Shown here piece after piece: positions 40,557-51,580 of a stretch of DNA of 64,000 bases; the first letter of the stretch is position 1; every line of letters starts with the position of its first letter. A program made the position numbers and the translations under genes. Source of the DNA: Raillietiella orientalis (lineage: Eukaryota); contig JAYWIR010000013.1 in the NCBI GenBank assembly GCA_036172245.1, forward strand, positions 3,906,001 through 3,970,000, in the 5' to 3' direction. The notes under the pieces are model-generated. The model was given only the letters and a program-made list of their open reading frames with translations. It was not told the origin of the DNA and did not search any database.

Positions 40557-40740
40557 CGAGGAATTATCTCGCGAATTATCTGACCAGGTTCACTCTGCCA
40601 CACCACTCACTCCATGGCACTTTCGTTTACTGAGTACACCTGTTTGACGGCTTGCGCTTTCGACAGGTGACCCTGGTGACGTCACCTGGATAGGATTGGT
40701 TCTCCTGGAACACGCGCGCGCGCGCGCGAGCGCGCGAGAA
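40557..40740 (-). promoter_or_regulatory. Putative KLF core and proximal promoter
   Basis: Inr-like TCAGT (minus, 40633-40629); CRE TGACGTCA 40677-40684 inside the 12-bp palindrome GGTGACGTCACC; CCAAT (minus, 40699-40695); CAGGTG E-boxes; (CG)n tract ~40713-40735; tandem AGATAATTC x2 (40561-40581). Confidence 0.6.
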
Positions 40741-41479
40741 AAAAAAAGAAGAGAAAAAAAGAAAAAGAAAAAGGAAAGAAAAAAGAGGAAAGGAGCGCGG
40801 GCGCGCACGCGTTCCCGTCAGGGAAGCCCTACTCCGCCCTCCCTCCCTCCACCTTCTGCTCCCCCGGGATGGTGTTCGTCCGCGTGCCTGCGCAACAATG
40901 CTCGGAAGCCACGTGGGAGGCGGTTGCCCCGGAGATCCGAGGAGGCGGCAAATGGAGGCGAGCGGAAACGGAAACGCACGGAGACAGCGAAACTCCTCCT
41001 CCTTCAAGGGCCTGCGAAACCTGGATCAACTTGCCTCCCATTCCTTTTCCTTCCCTTCTTTTTCCTCATTGCTGCCTCCTTCCCGGGACGCGTTTTTCCA
41101 AACCTTCCTCCCACCCGCCGCCTCCCGTGCCCCGTGATATCCTTCGAGGAGGGGCCGTTTCGCGCCCCGGGTCTTTTCCCGACCTCGTCCGGTTCCCGCG
41201 GGCTGCCGTCCGGGGACGAGTAGGGAATCGCTTGCTCCTAGCAGCAGTCGCCTGCAGTCTTCCTGTCTCAGGCTCGATCCAAGGGAAAACAAGGAGGCCG
41301 GGGATCCCGGTGGTCCGCGCTTCGCTCGAAAAAGAAGAGGGAGATGAGCGCCTGCTGGGGAGCGGACCTCTCCCGGAGGGATCTGCGCGCGGACACTGCG
41401 GTGTTACGTGGAACGGCGTGCTGCGCCTTACGCTCGCGCTGCTTCTCCAGCGCGCACCGTGGTGGCCGCCGCCCACAAG

Positions 41480-42010
41480 CTGCTTGGTAGGGTGCCTTGA
41501 GGGTGCCGACCCACGCTGCCGAAAGCGCTGATGAGAACCCATCCGGGATACTCGCGGGTGTGAATCCGGTCAGTGTGGTCACCAAAGGTGTTCAGTCGAA
41601 GCTTCCCGGACTTCGATGCCGCAAGTTGTGCGTGGAGGACGCACTTCGAGCGGGGATGCAGCTCGAGGTCACGTGCAGAAATGATGACGGCTCGGGGGAG
41701 AGACCAAAGCAAAGAGCATGTGGGATTGCCAAGCCGCCGCCGGCCACCACCATCCGGCTGACGCTTCCCACGGATATTCTGCAAAGACGGAAGGATAGTG
41801 ATGACGGAAGGAAGAATTGAGACCTGAAAAGACGTGGAGGGCAGCCGACGCCTCAGCCACTCGCATGCTTCGAAGATTGCCTGCAAGATTATTTGAGTTT
41901 CCAAGTGATCTCGCCGACATGCAAGCAGGGACAGTCAGGGTCAGTCGTCCTGAGGCATCTTAGCTCATGAGGAAGAACGAGGCCCAGGAAAGCCATCGCA
42001 GAGGATGCGT
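41480..42010 (-). mobile_element. Decayed L1/Tx1-like APE endonuclease fragment
   Basis: LRTTDPDCPCLHVGE (~D...LQE), VIISARDL (~I.GDFN), TFGDHTDRIH (~T....RID). Confidence 0.4.
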
Positions 42011-42789
42011 CGTTTTCATGTGAAGTTCCCGAGTACGGGCGCGACGGCTCTCCCAGAGTCAAGGTCACAACGAGACGGGGAGTGAGGTGAGTACGGGAAT
42101 TCGCGGCGAAGTCCCCCATTTATTTCAGATGGAACACTGCAACGAGATTCCTAGGAGAAGCGAGACAGAAATCACTCCAAGTGATGCTGCGCGCGTGCCT
42201 GTTGAGGAAAGATGAGCACTCTCTGAAAAATAAGGATGCACGGCCTCAGATGGATCCGCAGCACCAAAGAGAAAACTAAGAGAAACTTCCGGGTTCTCAC
42301 ACACGGTCCAAAGTTTCCATCAGTCAGTTTAACCGGGCGGATACTCTGGAATTGCCCGCAGAAAGGGAAGGGAACTTGAAAAGTGTCACGTCGTCATCCG
42401 GGAGGACGTTCTGAAGTGATCTAAAGCCATTCCAAGAAGCCCCCCGGTTGTGGGATGCTGAACCGGAAAGCCGCGTGGCACTTCGCTGATCCGTTTCGGA
42501 AAAAAAAAAAAAAAAAATCCCTTTTACTCTTCTTTCTCGGTTGTTCCCTCTCTCGCCTTCCAGAGTCCACAAACAGCAATCCAGTTGAGCACACGCACGC
42601 ACCACGCATACAAAGACGTTTCCTTCCGAAAGAGATCCTGTTTCTGGACCAAACGGCTCCGAAAACCAATCAAGTGTCGTCGCTTTGTGTGATCTGCTTC
42701 TTCGGACGGGTTTACATTTTTCCTTCCGCGCATCAATCGGCAGAGGTTGCAGGCGAATTCTTCATTCTGGTTACGGAGAGAACCACCTC

Positions 42790-43520
42790 TGATGAGGAGG
42801 GGTGAGAAGGCATCATCTGCCTGTCAGTTTGGCTTTCCCTGACGAGACGGTGGTTCCTGAGGGCAGCTGCACCCCGGTCGATGTCTCACCAGCATATGGC
42901 CTGGGAGTGTCCGATGTTGGAGCGCGCCATTTCGCTGTTGACGTCCTCCGCTCGCATCCAAGGGATGTGCAGTCCTTTCGCCGCGTCGTCGTTTGCTGGC
43001 ATCCCACGAAGCCGTGGGTCCCATGACGACAACTCGGCCATTCAGCTGCTCCTTCCGCGGGGAGATGGAGAGGCTGTCTTCGATCTGCGCTCTCCTTTGA
43101 GTGTCCTCCATGCCTGCAACTGAGAGCTCCGTAGCGCAGGCGGCTTCCACGATGATCGCCTCTCCATCTTCCTGGAGCACCACACCCGGTTGCGGTTTGG
43201 CCCGAATTGATTGGAAGCCATCGGCTCCCACCGTTCTAGGGTTTGCCTGATGCGGGCTACCAGTTCATCACGTCTCTCAGCAATCCACCTCGCGTTGCCA
43301 GTGCAACGGCTGAAATGCGGATTCCGCCCACACCACACACCTCGTGCACTCATCAACCATTCATGAAAATCGCCGCTTTCGTCGGAGTTGCCTTTGCCAG
43401 CGAAGGTCCGCTCCGTCTGCTGCCTTTTATCCGGAAGATGAAGGAGCCGTTTTGCGGTTTCTGGTCTCTCTGCAGCCTTCATGCGAGGCGACCGCGTCCT
43501 AAGAGGCGCCATTTAGGGAT
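42790..43520 (-). mobile_element. Decayed R2-superfamily (NeSL/Utopia-like) non-LTR element: CCHC finger and restriction-like endonuclease
   Basis: WCGRNPHFSRC...IAERRDELVARI (CCHC + RH..V), KPQPGVVLQEDGEAIIVEAACATE (~PD.V.....IVD..C..E), VVMGPTASWD (~VG.LG.W), LGCERR...SDTPR (~SDT.R). Confidence 0.62.
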
Positions 43521-43660
43521 CTGAGACATCTTAGGCGTGGGTGAAGTTTTCCTCCCATTCGAAATCATGGATGCCTCGAGATGGATGTTTCCAGGCAAGG
43601 AAAACCGCGCCAGCAGCATGCCTTCAATAAGTGCGGTTCCATTTTTTTTTTCTTCCTCTT

Positions 43661-43686
43661 TGTGTGTGTGTGTGTGTGTGTGTGTG
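43661..43686. repeat. (TG)13 microsatellite
   Basis: Uninterrupted TG run. Confidence 0.9.
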
Positions 43687-45319
43687 TTTTTTTCCCCCCA
43701 TTCCCGGTCAGCCCTGTTCTTCCCACGCTTGCCTTTTCGAGCGTGCGTCACTGCGCCTCCGTCATCCTCCTCCCCTTGCTGCACCGTTCGCATATCAGCC
43801 GCTCACGTCGCAACCGGGCAGCGTGGCTCCACTGGGAAGCACCCGACCGTGTACATTCGTCTGTGGGCTGCACGAGCGTGCTGCGTACGAACAGCGGGAT
43901 GCGAAGCGACAGGTTTCGTCCCGAGGTTCCTCCCGGGAACCGCACCTCCAGGAAGTTCACATGCCTCTCCGCGAAAGGTTGGATTGGGGAATGCAGAGCA
44001 GGTGCCCGCGCTTCGCCGAGCCGGTTGGAATCCTGGAAGCTGGGTGCAAGCACCGGCTCCCGGGATCTATTCTCAAGCTCTAGACACGGTTGGGAAACTG
44101 CGAGCTGCGAGTTCCCACACGGAAGCCATTTTGTTCCCACCTACCTTCTCCTCGCAAGACAATGCTGAGCGATGGAGACCCGACTGCTCCTTGCTGTTTT
44201 CCCGAGCACACCGAAGCGTCTCCTTCCCTTACGCTCCACGGACCAAATGATTCCGCTCACCTGTGGGCGACTCTTGGGCCTCCGTTGACTAATTCTGCAA
44301 GGTAATCCAGGAGGAATGCTCCCTAGGTGTCCTTTGACGTTTCATCGGATGGAGCGGGGGGAGTTTTCTGTTGTTTCCCCCATCTCATCCCAGGTGTGAT
44401 CTCTTGTTGGTCCAGACCTCTTCATGGAAGCAGGCCCCTGAACGAAGATGAGGTTTCAGCATTTCCTCACGACAGGGAACTTTCCTTCGAAGAGTTTTTC
44501 ATCACATTCTCGGTGCTTCTTTCGAACGGAAAGAAAGGTCACCAACACCGCCATGTGTCGTTTCCAGTGCCACCTACAATCGCTGGCTGATGAGAGCGTT
44601 TGAGGAGCAACAGCGCATGGCGCGGAAAGTCAGAGCCATCATTCTTTTGTGAAGAATCGGCGGCGAGGTGGTCACTAAGATGCAGCGTTGCTCGAAAGTC
44701 AGAAGCGAGGTGACAGCACGCGGGAAACGCCATCGCGGTGCGGAGAAGCATTCCCGTCCACATGGCTGCTGCTCTTGCAGAGGGATCTCCGCGTCTTCGC
44801 CCGCGTATCCACCGCGGGCGAAGACCGGAGCCGCTGCCACGTCTTCCAGCTTTTCGCCGTTTCCGTTCGGACCGGTCCGATTCCGCTGTGGCTCGTTCGC
44901 GCTGCATGGATGCCCACGCAGATGACCAGCAGACACCACCACCACCCGAGAAGAATTAGGAGGCGAGATGGATGCTCATCATCCCAGCTTTATGTTCTCC
45001 CATTTGAGCGCCTGTTTGTTACCCATGAGCAATTTGCGAAATTATCGATCTCGGGACACACCACGGAAAACATGCACGACTCCTCCTCTTCTCCGCGATT
45101 CATGAGAGTATCTTCTCGTTCGCCTCGATGTGTAGATCGAGACAGGGGGGACGGCCACGGACCTGCCATCTTATGAGCATCGCAGTTTCCGAGGAGAGGT
45201 GACCAACCAACCATTGAGATGTGGCGACGGATTTCGTCGAGGACTCTTTTGTCTCGGCCATTCATCCTTGCTGTCTGCACTGGCGGAGAGGCAGCATAGC
45301 CAGGAAATCTGACGCAGGT

Positions 45320-45321
<2 letters not shown>

Positions 45322-45356
<35 letters not shown>
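45322..45356. repeat. Poly(A) run of about 35 nt, one of many A/T runs (e.g. 1682-1705, 4636-4654)
   Basis: Directly visible. Confidence 0.9.
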
Positions 45357-45358
<2 letters not shown>

Positions 45359-45684
45359 TCCTTGGTGAAACACGCACCAACTGTTAAATGGCTGCACGAC
45401 AGGTCAGTGAATGACCCGCAGTTTTATTTAGCAAGCGGCGGAGAAGTCGCTTCCCTCTGTTTCGTTTTCCCTCGTTGTCGAATTTTTTTCGGTTCCCCTT
45501 CCGCAGGGAAACAACGCCACGGGAGTTTCTGACTTGATGACCACGCGCCCGGTACTCTTTTTCATCGGCATGCGTTCCGAACAGCTGCGATCTTGACACA
45601 CGGAAATGTACAAACACGAACGCTCTTTTGAGAACATAAATAAACGAACCCTTTCGAAGTATGTGTCGAAAAAAAAAAAATACA

Positions 45685-46385
45685 TATTGGCGATTCTCAC
45701 CCGGTTATGCCGGGGCATTTATAAGTTGAGTGATGAGAATACATGCTGTGGTGGTAGAACCAACCGTTTCTACCACGCGCAATGAACCTGCCCTTGAGCG
45801 CTACGCAGACCGACGAGGTCCGCCTCGGCAGCTTGATGGGGGGGGGGGAGGGGAACAAAAATAAACAAACAAAACAGGGTAGCGGAAATTATACACGGGG
45901 AGGGAGGGGAGGAGACAGAGGAAGGGAGGACGGTACGCCACCCAGAGTCCTCCGCATCCTGCTCAGGGTGCCGACAAGTTCCGTCAGCATGGCGCCCAGG
46001 TAGGGCCATCTCGAGGCGGTCCACAGGAAGATTCGCGCCCAGTGGTTGGGGTCCCTGCCATTTCGCCCTCTTCTTCCGGAGTCCTAGGCCGCTGTGACCC
46101 TGCGAAGACAGGAGGAAGGAACTGCAGGGACGCGGCTGGTGGCAGCAGTGCGGCACGCACGAAGAGACGTTTCCCAATGTCCCTGGTCGCGAGGCGATCT
46201 TAAAGAGGTCGGAGGGCAACACAGTGCAACAGCAAGTGCGGAATGGTCTTCTTCTTCCCGCACCTGTCGCACTTAGAACGTTCACCCTCCCCCATCCCCC
46301 GTGTCCAGTGGCGAAGGCGGCGCGCTTTGCACGGGATTCCCCCATGCAACACCAGAAACGCCGACTCCCGCACACTGTGTTGGTG
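45685..46385 (-). mobile_element. 5'-truncated L1/Tx1-like 3' fragment, copy A
   Basis: ESAFLVLHGGIPCKAR...KCDRCGKKKTIPHLLLHC (CCHC). Clear DNA similarity to 50130-50830 (+), with a T-rich then structured 3' UTR. Confidence 0.72.
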
Positions 46386-46959
46386 ATGGAAATCCTTTTG
46401 GGTTCTTCTGTTGCTCTATTTCTCTTCCGGCCATTTGGGGAGGGAGGGAGTTCATTTTGTTTTTTGCTTCTCTATGTACTCGGAAACTGTTCGCCTAGGG
46501 CCTCAGGAAGATATTTAACACTGCTCCACGCCATCCGAGGGTGCGTGTTAACTCTTCAAGTTAGAGGACCACCCTATGGATCCAGGAAGGAGTTCGTCAT
46601 CCGTATGGAAGGGAACCCCGAAGGGAACCCCTGCCCTGGTGGTCTCCGAAGGGACCCTCCTTTGGAGGCTGCTCCTCAATCCTTCTCTGGAGGAAACCCA
46701 GAAAGGATCCGCTCCTGGAATTTCTTCTCCGCAGGAAAATCGCAAGGAAACCACTCTTGGTTTCCTCCCCTGAAGAGAACCACGAAGGGATCCTTTCAAA
46801 CTTCCTCTGAAGGGCGCTTCTGGCACTCTGGAGAGGCAACCGAGGGAGGAGATCAACCGCGGGGACGAGCGTTTACCTCCCCCAGGGTGAGGGCGACTCC
46901 ATTTTCACAAGCGGAGGACAGCTCCAAAGGACTCCTTGATGTTTTGGAAGGACCCCGGA

Positions 46960-47190
46960 GGCATCCGGCATTTCAATCCCGGCCGGTCAATGGGGGCATC
47001 CGGTTTCCGCACCCGAAAGCCACAGGCGAACCAGCGTCATCCTGCGGGAAAGACTCGAAACCCACGAGTCACCTCTCGTTCTGGACGTCGACCCTTCACG
47101 TGAGGATTCGAACCCGCGAAGCTCAGTGCCATGGGCGGGGGCACGCGTGGCACGCGTTCGCTCGGGGCCAACGCGTGCCACGATTACCCG
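46960..47190 (-). mobile_element. Possible tRNA-derived SINE head
   Basis: A-box-like TGGCCCCGAGCG and B-box GCGGGTTCGAATCC (minus, ~47122-47109), spaced like a long-variable-arm tRNA; no complete cloverleaf. Confidence 0.35.
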
Positions 47191-47449
47191 GTCCTCTCAC
47201 TACAAGCAAGCGATTGCAATTCAATGCTGGAGTGAAAGAGATGTCCAATCCGCCATCATCAGAGCCAAAGTTGACGTCACAAATACAATGTGAGTGCAAG
47301 ATGTAGAAAAAATGAAATGTGGGACCGGATGTGTTTGGAGATGAATGATAAGCATTGCAGACTTTTCCAAAACCTTCTTGGAAGAAACGGAAGGTTCTAA
47401 CTTTTCGATCCTCACCGTTTGAGAAGGAACACGTTAAAAAGTCCGAGAT

Positions 47450-48010
47450 GGCAACCCGCAGCATCACCGTTGCAGCGGACATGTGCAGGATCAAAGGCGA
47501 TGGGATCCAAAGAACAAGTTCCAGCTTCTTGGTCAGTCATAGAAGATTGTGTAGGCCAGCACATCGAAAGACATCCACACGCAGTGAACAATCTGCCGGG
47601 ATCCAAATTATGAATGGACTCGCACCGACCGAACGCATCTCCATAAACTGCTGTCCGGAAAGCAGTTCCAAATTCATCGAGCCAAGTCGCTTTGCTCCCC
47701 AAGGAACTTTCGATTTGGCAGAGGCTATCCTGGACCATTTTCTGAGACTCTGCAATCGTTACTCTGGAATGGTCCTAGGACACATCCGTTCAGATCGCGC
47801 TCTTCAGAAATTCGTCCACTGCTTGACGCTTCTTCATCGAGACGTTTCCAACCTTCCCTGCATTAAGAAAAAAAACATTTCGTATTGAAAACATTGCCAT
47901 GTGAATTTGCATAGCAGCGAGCAATTCATACAACGATCTCTCAACCTTTCATCTGAACGGGGCACTTTGATCCACGTTTACTAACCACGCGCATTCTTTC
48001 AAACCCCTCA
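47450..48010 (-). mobile_element. Decayed Gypsy integrase fragment
   Basis: AWLVNVDQSAPFR*K (~W.RVHVD.AGPF.G), DEFLK, PFQSND (~PQSNG), AFRTAV (~AYRT). Confidence 0.45.
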
Positions 48011-48514
48011 ACCAGAGACAGCTTTCCATCACTGAGCGGAATTCTGTGATAGCTGATTGAACCCCAGCTCTCCATCACTTAGGAACTCTCTATTTTGGAA
48101 CTTTATCATTTAATTTTAAGCAGGAAGATTCTACTTTGGAAACCATGACTCCTTTAAAGGCTCCCTCCCTCCCTCTCCTGCGCCAAGATTGTCGGTCTCC
48201 AGCTTCCTCACTTAGTGTTTAAAACCTCCATTCTTAACTTTGGACTCTCGGTTCGTCACATAGGTTCCTTTTAGATCTTCGAGCCGTGCATCATCTGAGG
48301 ATGAAATGCTCACAACTTATGGCATATGAATTACAGTGGATTTCCACCACTCCCAGGACCACGGAATCTTTCGAACCTCTTGCGCCAAGGCTTCTGTGGG
48401 GAAAAAGGAATGCCGGGAAGCGCTCGCTGCATCTTGCTTGCTGAGCACGGATGATCCTGCATTCAAGCGAGACCAGCGGACTCCCTGGTGGAGGGATCTC
48501 TGCCGGGCTGCGGG

Positions 48515-49228
48515 CCGTTCGGTTTTCACCAGGGATCGACGGGGCGTTCCTTTAGGTAAATCCTCCTCGATATGATAGGTCCATTGAACGCTCCAAGTTC
48601 ATTCTTGGAACAGCTTGCCTGGAGTCCAGTGCGCAGACCCTGGAGAATGGCCTCGACAGAAAAGGGAATGGGGAAAAGAAAAACAGAAAACAAACAAAAA
48701 TATAAATAAACATTAATAAGCTCTGGGGGACATGGAAAGGAATCACTGTCTTCTGGGACCGTCCTCTGCAGCCTTTGCAGGGTGCTGGCAAGTTCTTCTC
48801 TTCTGTTCTCCAGGTGGGGCCATCTCGTTGCCCTCCGTGATGACTGTAGGCCGAAGTGAGTGGAGTCCCTGCCTCTTCCTCCCCCACGATCTTGCGTAGG
48901 CAGCAAAGCGCTGCTAAGGATGAGGCCGGCAGCAGTGCGTCGCGCACGAAGTGGGGTCTGAGGGTGTCCCTGGAATTGTCACATGGGGTCCGAAGGGTGA
49001 TCGTCCCCAAAACGGTCGCAGGGCAACACAGTCCACAAGCAGGTGCGGGAGGGTTTCCTGTTTCCTGCACCTACTGTTGCGGATGCGGATCCACAACTCC
49101 CTGGGTGCCGTGGTATCGGCGCGCGTTGCATGCGAGGCCCCAGTGAAACAGCAGAAACGCCGCCTACTGCCACTTGAGGCCGTCCAGAAACTCGGCGTTC
49201 CGTTGGGGGACTTCTGCTTAGCAGAAGA
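48515..49228 (-). mobile_element. 5'-truncated L1/Tx1-like 3' fragment, copy B (diverged)
   Basis: LKWQ*AAFLLFHWGLACNAR, RCRKQETLPHLLVDCVALRPFW and ATRWPHL are homologous to copies A and C; same 3' UTR motifs. Confidence 0.7.
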
Positions 49229-49231
49229 CTG

Positions 49232-50830
49232 ATCCGACCGTCCGCAAAAGGTAGAGATGGCGTTCGGCCCGTTTCAGAACGGCCAGGTTTGCTTGCCGGA
49301 ACGGACCGCAGTGTGGAACTCGTTTGCGGCTCCCCTCTTATGCCCCCTGCTTTTTGTTTGCCTCACCCCAACTGACGTCAAGAGGAAGACTGAGGACCTC
49401 CTGAGAAAAGCCCTCTGGGGTAAAAAGAGGTCCAGAGTCAGACTCAAAGACTTGTGTGCTCCGTGTAAGGATGGCGGACTGGGCCTCCTTATGTTGGCCA
49501 GGATGGAGCGTCAGCTCCAATTCAAAAGACTCGCTCTCGCGGTGAGACTGCGGACAACTCCCTGATGCACAACAGTATGGCTCGTGAAGAGCACAACTGG
49601 TTGCGGAGGACTCACATCCCTCCTCGTCGCTCGCGAGAGATTGCTGAGGCGTTGCGGATACCAACTCTTCCAGATGGTTGACAGGGTGGAGGAGAACACC
49701 TGGATCTTCTGCCTCCCCGCGAACTGCACTGCCTGGCATCAGGAGCCGGTCTTTGCCTGGGGAAAAATCCACGGCGCGAGCGAGGCGGAGTACGCCTGCC
49801 TGCAGCAAGGCATTAACACTCGCACGCCTTTGGGGGAGATCGTCCGCTACCCGTTCAAGATGCGGTGGACCTCCTCCCATGCCCCAGTGCTGGCATCCCC
49901 AAGGGACGCAAGGGACACTGTAATTCCGGCAAGTGGAAAGCGACTTGCTGCATAGCAGCAAAGAAGAGACTTCTCGGGGCGTGAAAAACTCAGGAAGTGA
50001 CGGACACTGAGATCACGAGTGTCCCACCCCACGGATTTGCACGCTGAAAAGAGCTGCTCGGCATCCCTCCGGAAGAGGACATGAAGCAGTCCCCGACGTA
50101 CCGAAACGGCGGCGCCCTCCCCCTCAAGTGGTCCGAGTTGACGTTGCTGATGGTTCATGGGGGGAATCCCGTGCAAAGCGCGCCTTCGCCAATGGACACG
50201 GAGGAGGATGGACGCTCAGGGTGCAACAGGTGCGAGAAGAAGGAGACACACCCGGGCCTGCTGTTGGACCGTACTGCCCTCCGACCTCTTCAAGATCGCC
50301 TCGCAACGACCCTAGGATCTCCGGCGGGAGGTCCCGGGGACATTCGGAAAGACCCCTTCGCGCTTGGCGCTCTGCCGCTGCCAGCCGCGTCCATCGTAGT
50401 CCTCTGCTGCGTCCGCGGTATCGTAGCAGCCTGGAACGCGGGAATAAGAGGCCAAAATGGCAAGGACGCCATCCACTGGGCGCGGATCTTCCTGAGGACC
50501 GCCTCGAGATGGCCCCACCTCGGCGCTATACGGATGAAACTTCCCGGCATCCTGAGCAGGATGCTGAAGACTCTGGACAGCGTACCGTCACAACTTCCTC
50601 GGTCCCCTCCCCCTTCCACCCCTTGTAAAATTTTCCCTCCCTTGTTTCGTTGTTTTTTTTTTTGCTTTTCTATTCCCCTCTCTCACGCTGCCGAAACGGA
50701 CCCTCGCCTATCTGCGCGCCTCTCTTCGGCAGGTTATTCGCAAGGGGTAGAACCAGGGGTTCCACTACACCAATATATTTTTATCATTTTGTATAATAAA
50801 TGCCCCAGCATGACCGGGTGATAATCATCC
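49232..50830 (+). mobile_element. 5'-truncated L1/Tx1-like ORF2 (post-RT region to CCHC) and 3' UTR, copy C
   Basis: ALWGKKRSRVRLKDLCAPCKDGGLG (L1-clade W...RV....L..P...GGLG motif), CNRCEKKETHPGLLL, ASRWPHL; AATAAA at 50795-50800. Confidence 0.8.
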
Positions 50831-50849
50831 AAAAGGGTTTCTAGAGCAG

Positions 50850-51580
50850 ATGTTTGCTCTCTCTTCGAGCCCAGTATCCGCAGGAGCGGACACAGTGAGG
50901 AAGAGGAGGCAGCAGTCCTCTGGAGACATCGGAAGGAGCAGCTCGCGCACATCACAAGGACCTTGGCCAGCCTTCCTTGCACTCAAAGGTGAGTCCGCGA
51001 CAGCCTCCTCACCCTCTGCTCTCCTGAGGGTGGGGATGTCTCATGCTCCTTTATCTTAAACATTTTCGTCCCTCAGTTCTCCTGAGGGATGAAGGTGACT
51101 GAGATGCCATCGAACGGGAGTTATGGAAAAGGTGACCGTTTTTTCGAGCTGTGGTTCCAGCAGCCGACTTTTTGCGTGCTCGAGTTCATTGGAAGGTGCC
51201 GGAGGCATCGAAGATCCCTGGGAGGAAAAGCAGGCGCCACAGTCTTCCCTTCAGGAAGGAACTCTGGCTTCTACCGGCGCACGTCGTAGGTGGCTGCTTG
51301 TGAGTCGGGAGACTTTACAACCTCCGTCGCATCCTTTTTCGGTCTGTCAGGAGGAAAAGGGAGGCACTTCCGGAGGAAGGGAGGTTGAGGGAGGAAACGT
51401 CCCAGCATCCCTTGCGGCTCAGCAACGGACATCGCAGAGCACTTCGGGTCAGTGTATCCGGACGTTTCCGTCCAGGGTCTCCTCCTCAGGCAGCTGCGGA
51501 GAGATCTTCCTCTTGCTGCCAGACTCCCTCCCTGGATTCCCTGCCATTCCCTCTGGACCAGCGATCCCCATTCGAATTCT
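50850..51580 (-). mobile_element. Decayed L1/Tx1-like RT N-terminal fragment
   Basis: PDTLTRSALRCPLLSRKG...SLFLLTDRKRMRRRL (~LL.KKG...RPISLL.TD.K), QSSFLKGR (~Q.GF..GR). Confidence 0.45.
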
